Source: an uncultured Desulfobacter sp. (GTDB lineage: Bacteria > Desulfobacterota > Desulfobacteria > Desulfobacterales > Desulfobacteraceae). Taken from it: DNA of 64,000 nt. Positions 40,351 to 51,495 of the stretch are shown here, in pieces (within the stretch, counting starts at the first letter, position 1; every line of letters starts with the position of its first letter). The notes beneath the pieces were generated by a model. The model was given only the letters and a program-made list of their open reading frames with translations. It made no database searches and was not told the DNA's origin. Both the position numbers and the translations under genes were made by a program. The stretch lies in NCBI GenBank assembly GCA_963665095.1, contig OY762069.1, positions 6,784,001 through 6,848,000 of the forward strand, given 5' to 3'.

Positions 40351-41676
40351 ATGAAAAAGTTATTTGTGATCGCTGTTCTACTTGTTTTTTCGTCAGGTTT
40401 TGCTTATGCCGCTGCTGAATGGGACTTTTACGGATCTGCCCGTGTCTCCACGTTTTATACCAAGTGGGATCAGAATATGCTGGATGCTGCTGGTGGCGGG
40501 AATCCTGTTTATGGCACGGGTCCGGATACAGAAGCGTATGAGGAGGCTCTGTATGGAAACGCCCGTATTGGTGCCAATGTAAAGGTCAGCGATGCCCTGT
40601 CCGGACAATTTGAATACGGTACAACAGGTGGTGTGGCAAATCTTCGTATTCTCTGGGGCGAATGGAATTTCGGAAGCGGTTCTTTAGGGGTTGGTCAGAA
40701 CTATACGCCGCTGCTGTTTCCATACTCTAACCAGGTTTACGATATTAACGCCCTGGGGTTGGGTGACACCAACATGAGTCTCATGGGAATGCTTTACGGC
40801 AAAAGAGAGCCTATGGTCCGTTTAAAATTCGGAACCTTCCAGGTGGCCCTTGTTAAACCTAGACTTTGGGTTAACAATTGTTTCACAAACTCAGGGACCG
40901 CAGCTGAGAGAGATGCTGCTGCGACTTCGGCTTTTTATGCGGAATATGCCAGTAGCGGCGATATGGCTGCTGCACAAGCAGCTGGGCAGGCTGCAGCAGT
41001 AGAGTATATTACCAATACAACCGGCTTGGTAGATTCCCCTGACACGGATGTTAAATTTCCAAATATTCAGCTAAAATACAGGCTTGATTTTAGCTGGGGG
41101 CATTTGAATTTTGCCGGTGGATATCAGAAATTTGATATTACAGATGCCGGTGAAGATTTTGATGTGACTTCATATGTCCTTGCGCTTGGAAGCCGTGTGA
41201 ACCTAGGCAAGGCTTATTTCAAGGCAAGTATTTGGGGTGGGCAGAATGTTGGCAACCTGGCAGATATTCTTGTCAGTGGCCAGCTTTGGTCCAGTACAGG
41301 CAATTTGGGTACTGGTAACACAGATGGTGCAGGCATGGGACTTGCCCAGTGGAGCGACGGAACCCTATACAATATCAGCAATGGTGCCAGCGGTTATGAA
41401 AAAGGTATTATAGATAACGATGCACTAGCCGGTCTGTTTGTCGCTGGTTTGGAAATTAAACGTGGTCTTTACCTTGAATCAGGAATTGGTTACACCCGTA
41501 CCAAACTGGATATGGATGGTGCTGAGAAAGACGATTGTCTGACCTGGTATGTTCAGTCTACTATCTTCCTGGCCGAAGGTGTTTTCCTGACACCGGAAAT
41601 TGGTGCGCTTGATGCCAGGCAAGAGGGGCAGATGGAAATCTTTTATGCAGGTATTAAATGGCAGATTAATTTCTAG
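40351..41676 (+). CDS. Outer-membrane porin-like beta-barrel 2 (paralog with long insertions)
   Basis: WDFYGSARV...YAGIKWQINF; ATG after AGGAG. Confidence 0.85.
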   Translation: MKKLFVIAVLLVFSSGFAYAAAEWDFYGSARVSTFYTKWDQNMLDAAGGGNPVYGTGPDTEAYEEALYGNARIGANVKVSDALSGQFEYGTTGGVANLRILWGEWNFGSGSLGVGQNYTPLLFPYSNQVYDINALGLGDTNMSLMGMLYGKREPMVRLKFGTFQVALVKPRLWVNNCFTNSGTAAERDAAATSAFYAEYASSGDMAAAQAAGQAAAVEYITNTTGLVDSPDTDVKFPNIQLKYRLDFSWGHLNFAGGYQKFDITDAGEDFDVTSYVLALGSRVNLGKAYFKASIWGGQNVGNLADILVSGQLWSSTGNLGTGNTDGAGMGLAQWSDGTLYNISNGASGYEKGIIDNDALAGLFVAGLEIKRGLYLESGIGYTRTKLDMDGAEKDDCLTWYVQSTIFLAEGVFLTPEIGALDARQEGQMEIFYAGIKWQINF

Positions 41677-41716
41677 CTGAGTATACTATAACAATTTAAA
41701 TCCCGCCTGAAAGCTA

Positions 41717-41755
41717 AAAAGGCCCTGCAAGAAAATTGCAGGGCTTTTATTTTTT
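41717..41755 (+). terminator. Terminator between convergent genes (possibly bidirectional)
   Basis: aaaaggccctgcaa/ttgcagggctttt. Confidence 0.75.
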
Positions 41756-42389
41756 AGAACAGATATTTCCAGACTTTCCAGCCGATCTTTTTTTCAGATT
41801 TCCAGTCAGCAGGGACCTGCATGAGATTTTCAGGATTCTGGTGTTTCTGATCGTTGAGTTGTTTCTGCTTTTGCTGCTCCATCTGCTCCCAGGTAACAGT
41901 GGAGCGTTGAAACACTTTATAGTTTATGGCCGCAGCAATGCGGTCCACCTGTTTAATGAGATCATCTGCATTCTGTGATTGTTCATAAAAAGAGATGTAT
42001 TGTTTTTCAGTTGTATCAAATATTTTTGTATCAATGCTGAAGGCGCCGGAGAGGCTGGTGATGGTCCCAAAAACAACATAGCGGCTGCCAGTTTTTTTTG
42101 CTGTCTGCCGGACAAGCTCATTCTCAGATAAATCGCTCAATCCCGCCTTAAGCGCTGCCATTTGTTTGGGCGGCACCACAGCCACCTTATCCGGCCAGGT
42201 CAGTCTTGAATATAGCATGGTTGAGATTCCTGCCTTTATATATTCCATATCTTTGTCGGCATTGACGGCAAAGGGGAGGACTGCAATGGTCTCCAGGGAG
42301 GAGCTGGCAGAACTGTTGCACGGAAAGACAAACACGGACAAAATGAAAATCGTCACAAGGGATTTTGGTAGCACAGCTGAAACTTTCAT
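41754..42389 (-). CDS. Exported TolB-N/CsgG-like single-domain protein, paralog of the 37199 N-domain
   Basis: IAVLPF...SRL...YVVFGTI...FYEQS...INYKVFQR. Confidence 0.8.
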   Translation of the reverse strand: MKVSAVLPKSLVTIFILSVFVFPCNSSASSSLETIAVLPFAVNADKDMEYIKAGISTMLYSRLTWPDKVAVVPPKQMAALKAGLSDLSENELVRQTAKKTGSRYVVFGTITSLSGAFSIDTKIFDTTEKQYISFYEQSQNADDLIKQVDRIAAAINYKVFQRSTVTWEQMEQQKQKQLNDQKHQNPENLMQVPADWKSEKKIGWKVWKYLF

Positions 42390-42401
42390 ATAACCCTTCC
42401 T

Positions 42402-43826
42402 CTACAGTTTTGATTTGAGCATAGGAGTGACTACTTTGGGGTCTGCCTTGCCCCGGGTTTTTTTCATCACCTGCCCCATGAAAAAGCTGAACAGTTTGGT
42501 TTTCCCCTCTCTGTAGGCCTGTACCTCATCGGGGTTTTCCTTTAGAACCGCCTCTACTAACGCCTCAAGCTCTCTCTGGTCTGATACCTGCTCCAGGCCT
42601 TTTTCCGTGACAATGATTTCAGGGTCTTTCCCGGTTTCTGTCATCTCCTCAAATACAGTTTTTGCGGCATTGGCATTTATTTTGGACGATTCAAGAAGAG
42701 CTAAAAGCCTGGAAAATGCATCTGCTGAAACCGGTGACTCACAGACATCTATCCCCCTGGCATTGAGCATCCCCATCAGCGTGGTCATGGTCCAGTTGGC
42801 CGCCTGTTTAATATCTTTTAAGGGTTTAATGACCTGTTCAAAAAAGGTTGCCATATCCAGGCTTGCGGTAAGCACCCCGGCATCGTAATCGGACAGGCTG
42901 TAGTCACTCATGAACCGCTGCTTTTTTTCATCCGGCAGTTCAGGCATGGTGGTACGGACATCATTGATCCAGGTGTCATCTACAATCAGGGGCACAAGAT
43001 CCGGATCCGGAAAATATCTGTAATCATGGGCCTCTTCCTTTCCGCGCATGGATGCGGTGCGGTGGTTGGCAGGATCCCACAGCCTTGTTTCCTGGATCAC
43101 CTGCCCGCCTTCTTCCAGTACATAGGTCTGGCGCTGGATTTCATAACGGATGGCTTTTTCCACATTTCTAAAGGAGTTCAGGTTTTTTAATTCGGTACGG
43201 GTGCCGAACGCTTCCTGGCCCACGGGGCGCAGGGAAACATTGGCATCGCATCTGAACGAGCCCTGCTCCATGTTTCCGTCACACACATCAATGTATTTGA
43301 GAATGGCATGCAGTTTTCTTAAATATGCACCGGCTTCTGCTGCGGTCCGGATGTCCGGTTCACTGACGATTTCAATCAGCGGGACCCCTGTCCGGTTGAG
43401 GTCAACCATGCTTTTATCCCGCAGGTCGTCATGGATCAGCTTGCCGGCATCCTCTTCCATATGAATGCGGGTGATGCCGATACGTTTTTCAATTCCATCG
43501 GCTTCTATATCCAGAAAACCGTGTTCGGAAATAGGTTTGGCATACTGGGAGATCTGATACCCTTTGGGCAGATCCGGATAAAAGTAGTTTTTCCGGTCAA
43601 AGCGGCTTTCCCGGTTGATAGTGCAGTTGGTGGCAAGGCTCGCTCTGATGGCAAAGGTGACTGCCTGTTTGTTTAAAACGGGCAGAACGCCGGGCATGCC
43701 TGTGCACACCGGGCAGGTATTTGCATTGGGAGCCTTGCCAAATGCGGTTGAGCAGTTGCAGAAAATTTTTGTCAGTGTTTTTAACTGGGCGTGGACCTCA
43801 AGTCCGATAACAGGTTCAAATGCCAT
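42402..43826 (-). CDS. gatB: Asp/Glu-tRNA amidotransferase subunit B
   Basis: [45 protein letters not shown]. Confidence 0.98.
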   Translation of the reverse strand: MAFEPVIGLEVHAQLKTLTKIFCNCSTAFGKAPNANTCPVCTGMPGVLPVLNKQAVTFAIRASLATNCTINRESRFDRKNYFYPDLPKGYQISQYAKPISEHGFLDIEADGIEKRIGITRIHMEEDAGKLIHDDLRDKSMVDLNRTGVPLIEIVSEPDIRTAAEAGAYLRKLHAILKYIDVCDGNMEQGSFRCDANVSLRPVGQEAFGTRTELKNLNSFRNVEKAIRYEIQRQTYVLEEGGQVIQETRLWDPANHRTASMRGKEEAHDYRYFPDPDLVPLIVDDTWINDVRTTMPELPDEKKQRFMSDYSLSDYDAGVLTASLDMATFFEQVIKPLKDIKQAANWTMTTLMGMLNARGIDVCESPVSADAFSRLLALLESSKINANAAKTVFEEMTETGKDPEIIVTEKGLEQVSDQRELEALVEAVLKENPDEVQAYREGKTKLFSFFMGQVMKKTRGKADPKVVTPMLKSKL

Positions 43827-44086
43827 GGGTTGTTTTTATTCCTTTAGGTGCCCGGCGTATGAAGGCATTCATACCCGGGGTTCAGTTCTTACCAGCCTTT
43901 CTTTATAGCCTTGATATTTTTAATTATCAAGGGTACCAAAAGAGAATTACTTGCAAAAGATGGCTCAAACCGATAAAACAATTGTCCTTTTTTACAGGTG
44001 GTGTCTGTCCGGAAATTGAGAAAAAAGCTAAAGGTGGATAGACGCCGTGTAAATGAATCAGGGATGATGAAAGGAATCCCTTTAAT

Positions 44087-44278
44087 ATGAAATTTTTTTT
44101 CTGTGTGATAGGCATGGTAATGATCGTGGAAGGGCTGCCGTATTTTATCGCCCCTCACAGGATGCGGGAGATGGTCACCGTGATTTTACAGATGCCGGAA
44201 GCAACCCTGCGCCGGTTTGGATTCTTTCTGATGGCGGCAGGGCTGGCTGTGGTGTATCTGGCCATGGGGGCGCATTGA
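44087..44278 (+). CDS. DUF2065 small membrane protein
   Basis: GMVMIVEGLPYFIAP...LRRFG; TGATG coupling to queA. Confidence 0.85.
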   Translation: MKFFFCVIGMVMIVEGLPYFIAPHRMREMVTVILQMPEATLRRFGFFLMAAGLAVVYLAMGAH

Positions 44279-45357
44279 TGTATCAGCTTTCCGACTATTA
44301 TTATGATCTGCCTGAAGCCCTTATTGCCCAGGCACCCTGTGCACACAGGAGCGAGTCACGCCTGTTGCATCTGCAAAGGGCAACCCATGAGATTTTCCAT
44401 CACAGGTTTCTTGATCTGGAACAACTGCTGCACCCGAGAGACCTTCTGGTGGTCAACGATACCCGGGTGGTGCCGGCAAGGCTTTTGGGGCGTAAAAGCA
44501 CCGGCGGCCGGGTGGAGGTGCTGATTATTGATTATGCAGCCGGCATGAAGCACCTGGCTGAAAGCGGAACGTTTCAGTGCGACTGCCTGATCCGGGCCTC
44601 GCGAAGGCCTGCCCCCGGTACCGTGCTTGAACTGGACCCGGGTATCCGGGCAAGGGTGGTGGCCCACCGGGACCGGATATCTGAAGTGGCTTTCGAGGGT
44701 GAAAAGACATTTCTGGCGCAGCTGAAAAAAGGCGGCAAGGTGCCTTTGCCACCCTATATCAAACGGTCCCAGGCCGACGGCCCCATGTCCGAAGCCGATG
44801 AGGAAAAAGACCGGCGCAGTTACCAGACTGTATATGCAAATGCCGACGGGGCTGTGGCTGCGCCTACAGCAGGGCTCCATTTTACCGAAGCGCTTCTATC
44901 AAAATTGGGCGCTAAAGGGGTTGAGGTGGCCAGGATTACCCTGCATGTGGGATACGGCACCTTTGTCCCGGTGAAGGTGGCAGATATCCGGGACCACCAG
45001 ATCCATTCAGAGTATTTTATTGTAAGTGACAGGACCGCTCAGCAGATCAACCAGGCCCGTGAACAGGAACGCCGGATCATTGCCGTGGGTACCACCTCGG
45101 TGCGGACCCTGGAATACTGTGCCGATGATCACGGCAGGATAACCCCCGGTCAGGGCCGGTGTGATCTGTTTATCTATCCTGGCTACCGGTTTAAATGTGT
45201 GGATGCCATGATTACCAATTTTCATCTGCCCGAATCTACACTTCTCATGCTGATATCTGCCTTTTATGACAGGGAGAAAATACTTGAGGCGTACAGGACG
45301 GCTGTGGCAGAAAAATACCGGTTCTTCAGTTACGGGGATGCCATGTTTATTGAGTAG
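44278..45357 (+). CDS. queA: S-adenosylmethionine:tRNA ribosyltransferase-isomerase
   Basis: LIAQAP, NDTRVVPAR, PLPPYI, AAPTAGLHF, TNFHLP, YRFFSYGDAM. Confidence 0.98.
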   Translation: MYQLSDYYYDLPEALIAQAPCAHRSESRLLHLQRATHEIFHHRFLDLEQLLHPRDLLVVNDTRVVPARLLGRKSTGGRVEVLIIDYAAGMKHLAESGTFQCDCLIRASRRPAPGTVLELDPGIRARVVAHRDRISEVAFEGEKTFLAQLKKGGKVPLPPYIKRSQADGPMSEADEEKDRRSYQTVYANADGAVAAPTAGLHFTEALLSKLGAKGVEVARITLHVGYGTFVPVKVADIRDHQIHSEYFIVSDRTAQQINQAREQERRIIAVGTTSVRTLEYCADDHGRITPGQGRCDLFIYPGYRFKCVDAMITNFHLPESTLLMLISAFYDREKILEAYRTAVAEKYRFFSYGDAMFIE

Positions 45358-45416
45358 CCGGAGCGTATATAATGAGTATAGATTATGATAACCGTTTAAA
45401 TTATGTGTAAGATTAA

Positions 45417-46550
<1,134 letters not shown>

Positions 46551-46556
46551 ACGTCT

Positions 46557-46907
46557 ATGCACGAGATGGGTATTGCCCAGCAGCTTGTTACAATAGCCTT
46601 GGATGCCATTCCGGATGACATTGAGAACCCGCGGGTGGAAAAATTAAATTTAAGAATTGGAAAACTGGCCTCTGTGGTGGAGCACAGCCTTTCCTTCTGC
46701 CTTGAGATTATTACGAAAGACACCCCCCTTGAAGGTGCTCAGATGGTGATTGAGGCCGTGCCGGTGCAGCTTCGCTGCGAAACCTGCAACCACCTATGGC
46801 AGACAGATGAACCGGCCTTTGGATGCCCGCAATGCAGGGACGGAAAAGTCACCATGATTTCAGGCCGGGAAATTGAAATATCGTCCATTGAACTGGCTGA
46901 TGACTAA
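46557..46907 (+). CDS. hypA: Nickel metallochaperone HypA
   Basis: MHE N-terminus, two CxxC, SGRE. Confidence 0.95.
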   Translation: MHEMGIAQQLVTIALDAIPDDIENPRVEKLNLRIGKLASVVEHSLSFCLEIITKDTPLEGAQMVIEAVPVQLRCETCNHLWQTDEPAFGCPQCRDGKVTMISGREIEISSIELADD

Positions 46908-47028
46908 CCGGCATCCTCAAAACAGCCCCTGGATCCAGTTGTTTTATTTTGAAATATGTTTAACGTTAAAGCTGGTATTATCAGGCACAGCCAAAGGGAT
47001 AATAATAAACTATAGTTGAGGAGTACCC

Positions 47029-47694
47029 ATGGAAATCAATATTCAGAAAAGAATTCTGGAAAAGAATGAAACCGAGGCAGACAGAAACCGGGCATTTTTT
47101 AATGAAAAAAAAGTATTTGTACTGAACATGATGTCCTCGCCGGGCTCCGGTAAGACAGAAACCCTGTGCCGGACCCTGGAGCAGCTGATGCCCGATATCC
47201 GGGTGGGGGTGATTGTGGGCGATGTTTGTACCACCAACGATGCAGACCGCCTTCAGGTCACGGGTGCCAAAGTGACCCAGATCAATACAGACCAGTTCGG
47301 CGGGGACTGCCATCTGGCGGCCCATCTCATTGACGCTTCCGCAAAAACACTGGGGTGTGACGATATCGACCTGCTCATTGTGGAAAATATCGGCAACCTG
47401 GTCTGTCCGGCTGAGTTTGATATTGGCGAAGATGCGAGAACCGTGGTGTTAAGTGTTACAGAGGGCGAGGATAAGCCTCTTAAATATCCGCTTATGTTCC
47501 AGGTGGCGGACTGTGCCATTCTCAATAAGATTGATCTTTTGCCCTATCTTGACTTTGATGCGGCCCTGGCCGTGGAAAATATGGGAAAGGTACATCCGGG
47601 AATGCCGGTGTTTGAGCTTTCCGCCAAAACCCGGGAAGGGTTTCAGCCCTGGCTTGCCTGGTTGCGCGCCAAGGTAAGAGAAAAGCTGGGGTAA
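47029..47694 (+). CDS. hypB: Nickel-insertion GTPase HypB
   Basis: SSPGSGKT, CHL, ENIGNLVCPAEFDIGE, EGEDKPLKYP, NKID. Confidence 0.96.
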   Translation: MEINIQKRILEKNETEADRNRAFFNEKKVFVLNMMSSPGSGKTETLCRTLEQLMPDIRVGVIVGDVCTTNDADRLQVTGAKVTQINTDQFGGDCHLAAHLIDASAKTLGCDDIDLLIVENIGNLVCPAEFDIGEDARTVVLSVTEGEDKPLKYPLMFQVADCAILNKIDLLPYLDFDAALAVENMGKVHPGMPVFELSAKTREGFQPWLAWLRAKVREKLG

Positions 47695-47731
47695 CTTTCA
47701 TATCTGCGCAGTGCACAAGAAAGAGGTGTAT

Positions 47732-48673
47732 ATGCAGTTAAAAAGAGCCGCATTTGCCGGTTCCTGGTATCCGGGCGACAGGCAGCAATGCCGATCCGCC
47801 ATTGAAGGGTTTTTAAGAGACCTGGACAAAAAAGGTGCCGGACGAAAGGAAATTTCGCTGCCGGAAAATTCTGTGGGCGGCATTGTGCCCCATGCCGGGT
47901 GGATCTATTCAGGTCACATCGCCTGCCGGGTGTTTGCCACATTGGCTCTGTCTGAAAAATCAGAAGATACTGCGGCGAATCGTCGGACGGACGCCCCCCC
48001 GATCACTTCAGTCGACACCATTGTTCTGTTCGGCGTTCACATGCATGCCTCGTCTCCGGCTATGGTATTATGTGCGGGTGCGGTGGATACCCCGTTAGGG
48101 GAGATTCCGGTGGACAAGGTACTCACTGACACAGTGTATAAAGATCTTGCATCGGCCGGTGAAAATATTCAAACCCTTCAACCTTCCCGGTTTCCTGAGG
48201 AGAATACTCTGGAGGTGCAGTTTCCGTTCATCCGGTATTTCTTTCCTGAAGCGCAGCTTTTTATCTGTGCGGTGCCGCCATCGGATATGGCTGAAAAAGC
48301 AGGGCATGCTGTGGTGGATGCGGCAGGCCGGCTTCGGAAGCGAATCATTGCGGTGGGGTCCACAGATATGACTCATTATGGCCCAAGATTCGGGTTTGAG
48401 CCAGCCGGTTCAGGAAAAGCGGGACTTGACTGGGTAACCAGGGAAAATGATGCTTGTGCCATCCGTGTACTTCAGACCATGGATACGGCAGATATTATCC
48501 ATCAGGGGGTGACCCGGCATAATATGTGCTGTTCCGGCGCTGCCTGTGCGGCTGCCGCTGCTGCAAAAAAAATGGGCGCCATCAAAGGCGTCTGCCTTGA
48601 CTACGCCACAAGTTTTGAACAGTCAAGGGCGGCTGATTTTGTGGGATATTGCGGGGTGGTGTTTGGCTCCTGA
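47732..48673 (+). CDS. AmmeMemoRadiSam system protein B (MEMO1 family)
   Basis: AGSWYP, VPHAGWIYSG, TPLG, STDMTHYG, VGY. Confidence 0.9.
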   Translation: MQLKRAAFAGSWYPGDRQQCRSAIEGFLRDLDKKGAGRKEISLPENSVGGIVPHAGWIYSGHIACRVFATLALSEKSEDTAANRRTDAPPITSVDTIVLFGVHMHASSPAMVLCAGAVDTPLGEIPVDKVLTDTVYKDLASAGENIQTLQPSRFPEENTLEVQFPFIRYFFPEAQLFICAVPPSDMAEKAGHAVVDAAGRLRKRIIAVGSTDMTHYGPRFGFEPAGSGKAGLDWVTRENDACAIRVLQTMDTADIIHQGVTRHNMCCSGAACAAAAAAKKMGAIKGVCLDYATSFEQSRAADFVGYCGVVFGS

Positions 48674-48705
48674 ATAAAAATAAAACAGTGTCATTGATAA
48701 AACAA

Positions 48706-48742
48706 CACGGCCCGTTTGAATGATTAAATCAAACGGGCTGTG
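48706..48742. terminator. Hairpin between convergent MEMO1 and gltX
   Basis: cacggcccgtttga/tcaaacgggctgtg. Confidence 0.6.
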
Positions 48743-48765
48743 CGTTAATTCTGATCAGTATACAA

Positions 48766-50169
48766 TTACGCCTGAGTGGCACAAAATGTCGCGGCCTTCC
48801 TGATGCGCTGAACAGATTTTTCTTTCCCCAGAGCTATCAGCATTTCAAACATACCCGGGCTGACCGTAGTGCCGGTGACCGCCACCCGGAGCGGTTGTGC
48901 AATTTTACCGAACCCAAGTCCGGTATCTTCCATGATCTGTTTGAATACCTCTTCCTGAGCGGGCTGGGTGAATTCTGTGAGGGCATTCAGGGCGTCTGCA
49001 CACCGGTTGAGCAGATCCTGGGTACCGGGCTTCAGAAATTTTTTGGCAGCCTTCTCTTCAAACTCAATGTCATCCTTATAGTAAAACGCTGCACCCTGGG
49101 CCATCTCCACCATGGTTTTGCTGCGGGGCTGCAGGGTTTCGATCACCCCGTGGGTAAATGCATCGTTTTGAGCCTCAATGCCCAGTTCGGCCAGATGGGG
49201 CAGAAGGTCGTCTGCCAGTTCGGCCGGGCTTTTTTTCTGGATATGCTTGGCATTCAGGGCGTGGAGTTTATCCATGTCAAACATACCGGCCGAACGGCCC
49301 AGATGTTTGAGGTCAAATTTTTCAATCAGCTCCTGCCGTTCAAAGAACTCCTGGTCACCATGGGACCAGCCCAGACGTACCAGATAATTGATCAGGGCGT
49401 CGGCCAGAAATCCCATTTTTTTGTATTCACCCACGGACATGGCGCCGTGGCGTTTGCTTAACCGGGACTTGTCCGATCCCAGCACCATGGGGACATGGCC
49501 GAATATGGGCAACGGCGCCCCCAGCGCTTTATATATCAGGATCTGCTTGGGGGTGTTCACCAGATGGTCATCTCCTCTGATGATGGTGTTGATGCCCATG
49601 GTGATATCGTCCACCACCACGGCCAGGTTGTACATGGCCATGCCGGAACTGCGCTGGATGATAAAGTCATCAATTTCTGCATTCTGGAAAGCAGTATCCC
49701 CTTTGACAATGTCCTCAACCACAGTAACGCCTGTGTCAGGGGTTTTTAAACGTACCACGGTGTTGTCAGATTTTTTAAGTCCACGGTTCCGGCACTTGCC
49801 GTTGTACATGGGTTTAAGGCCTTTGGCCTTGGCCTCCTGCCGCATGGCCTCCACCTCTTCAGGGCTGCAGTCACAGTAATAGGCATGACCTTGTTCCACC
49901 AGGCGGTCAATGTGCTCGTTGTAAATGTCATGGCGCTGGGTCTGGAAGTAGGGGCCTTCATCCCAGTCAATCCCCAGCCACGTCATGGATTTCAGAATGG
50001 CATCCACTGATTCTTTGGTTGAGCGGTCAACATCGGTATCTTCAATGCGCAGCACAAACCGGCCGTTATTTTTTCTGGCCCACAGCCAGTTGAAAAGCGC
50101 TGTTCTTGCTCCTCCGATATGCAGGTAGCCTGTGGGGGAGGGCGGAAAGCGGGTAATAACAGTATCCAT
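48766..50169 (-). CDS. gltX: Glutamate--tRNA ligase
   Basis: RFPPSPTGYLHIGGARTA, RIEDTD, IRGDDH, LSKRHGA. Confidence 0.98.
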   Translation of the reverse strand: MDTVITRFPPSPTGYLHIGGARTALFNWLWARKNNGRFVLRIEDTDVDRSTKESVDAILKSMTWLGIDWDEGPYFQTQRHDIYNEHIDRLVEQGHAYYCDCSPEEVEAMRQEAKAKGLKPMYNGKCRNRGLKKSDNTVVRLKTPDTGVTVVEDIVKGDTAFQNAEIDDFIIQRSSGMAMYNLAVVVDDITMGINTIIRGDDHLVNTPKQILIYKALGAPLPIFGHVPMVLGSDKSRLSKRHGAMSVGEYKKMGFLADALINYLVRLGWSHGDQEFFERQELIEKFDLKHLGRSAGMFDMDKLHALNAKHIQKKSPAELADDLLPHLAELGIEAQNDAFTHGVIETLQPRSKTMVEMAQGAAFYYKDDIEFEEKAAKKFLKPGTQDLLNRCADALNALTEFTQPAQEEVFKQIMEDTGLGFGKIAQPLRVAVTGTTVSPGMFEMLIALGKEKSVQRIRKAATFCATQA

Positions 50170-50442
50170 TTAAATCTCCAATCAATAGAAAGCCTGAAAG
50201 AAATTTCCTGCAGACTTTCCAAAAGGGTGTAAAATCGACGCTTTATCTACCATAACGGCGGATTGAAGGCAATACAGAGGCAAGACAAAATTTTAAAGTT
50301 TTCTTTTTAAAAAAAATCAATTCACCACGCTTCAGGATTTATCTTATTGACTTCACAGGAAAACTGAGGTATTTAAATGTGTTTTAAATCTTGATGAAGA
50401 TTAATTGAAAACCAAATAAAATAATATAGTTAGGAGAAACCC

Positions 50443-50631
50443 ATGGCCGTACCAAAGCAGAAAAGCTCCAAGGCAAGAGGAAGAAAAAGACGTACCCATT
50501 ATAAAACCCAGGCACCCACAGTCACCCTGTGTCCTGAATGCCAGGAACCCCGGTTGCCCCATACCGCATGCCCTGAATGCGGTGCTTACAAAGACAGAAA
50601 TGTAAAAGCCGATATGGATGCGGACGATTAG
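50443..50631 (+). CDS. rpmF: 50S ribosomal protein L32
   Basis: MAVPKQKSSKAR...CPEC...PH..CPECG. Confidence 0.97.
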   Translation: MAVPKQKSSKARGRKRRTHYKTQAPTVTLCPECQEPRLPHTACPECGAYKDRNVKADMDADD

Positions 50632-50665
50632 TCCGGCAGCCTGCAGAAATTCAAGGAGTCAGGAC

Positions 50666-50899
50666 ATGACCATTGAAACCAAAGTACAAAAAGTGATTGC
50701 TGAAAAAATTCCGGATATTGATATTGATGATGTTGTGCCTGAAGCCTCGCTCATTGAGGACCTTGGGGCTGATTCTCTGACGATCGTGGAACTTATCATG
50801 TCCATGGAAGAGGTGTTTGAAATCGAGATCGATGATGACGAGGCCGAAGGCCTGGTTACTGTTAAAGATGTCATAGATTTCATCAAGGCAAAATCATAA
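50666..50899 (+). CDS. acpP: Acyl carrier protein
   Basis: EDLGADSL, MEEVFEIEIDD; ATG 50666 after AAGGAG. Confidence 0.95.
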   Translation: MTIETKVQKVIAEKIPDIDIDDVVPEASLIEDLGADSLTIVELIMSMEEVFEIEIDDDEAEGLVTVKDVIDFIKAKS

Positions 50900-50933
50900 A
50901 CATTTTGTCTTGGGCAAAGGGGCCGGATGAAAA

Positions 50934-51374
50934 ATGGATAAGGACAAAAAAATCATTATCGGCAGTGATCATGCTGCATTTGGATTAAAAGAGAAGATAA
51001 AGAAGCAACTCTTTGATCTCGGCTATGAGGTTGAAGATGCAGGCACCCACAGTGAAGCGTCCGTGAATTATGCTGATTACGGTAAAAAGGTGGCCAAAGC
51101 GGTTGCTGGCGACAGTTTCCCTCGTGGTATCCTTCTGTGCGGTACAGGTCTTGGCATGTCCATGCAGGCCAACCGGTTCAAAGGAGTCCGTGCGGCACTT
51201 TGCTCTGATATTTTTTCGGCCCGGATGAGTCGGCTGCATAATGATGCCAATATCCTGGTCATGGGTGGCCGGGTTGTGGGTGATATTCTTGCCTTTGAAC
51301 TGGTTAAAGAGTGGCTTGCCACGGATTTTGAAGGCGGACGCCATCTGGATCGGATTCGTACCCTGGATGACTGA
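50934..51374 (+). CDS. rpiB: Ribose-5-phosphate isomerase B
   Basis: GSDHA, CGTGLGM, HNDAN, FEGGRH. Confidence 0.97.
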   Translation: MDKDKKIIIGSDHAAFGLKEKIKKQLFDLGYEVEDAGTHSEASVNYADYGKKVAKAVAGDSFPRGILLCGTGLGMSMQANRFKGVRAALCSDIFSARMSRLHNDANILVMGGRVVGDILAFELVKEWLATDFEGGRHLDRIRTLDD

Positions 51375-51495
51375 CACACAGGATAAATATCACTACTGAA
51401 ATTAATCGCTACTGGCTGAGCAGATCACTACCATGCAACTAACGCTGATAAACGGATCGGTCAAATAGCGCAGATCCCTGATAAAGACTGAAAGA

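Noticed and set aside
32998..43826. gatB separated from gatCA as a novel rearrangement
   Set aside because: Split gatCA/gatB is common in this group; all three genes are intact and no mobile-element scar was seen.
51375..51495. ZTP or glycine riboswitch before glyA
   Set aside because: No conserved aptamer motifs recognisable.
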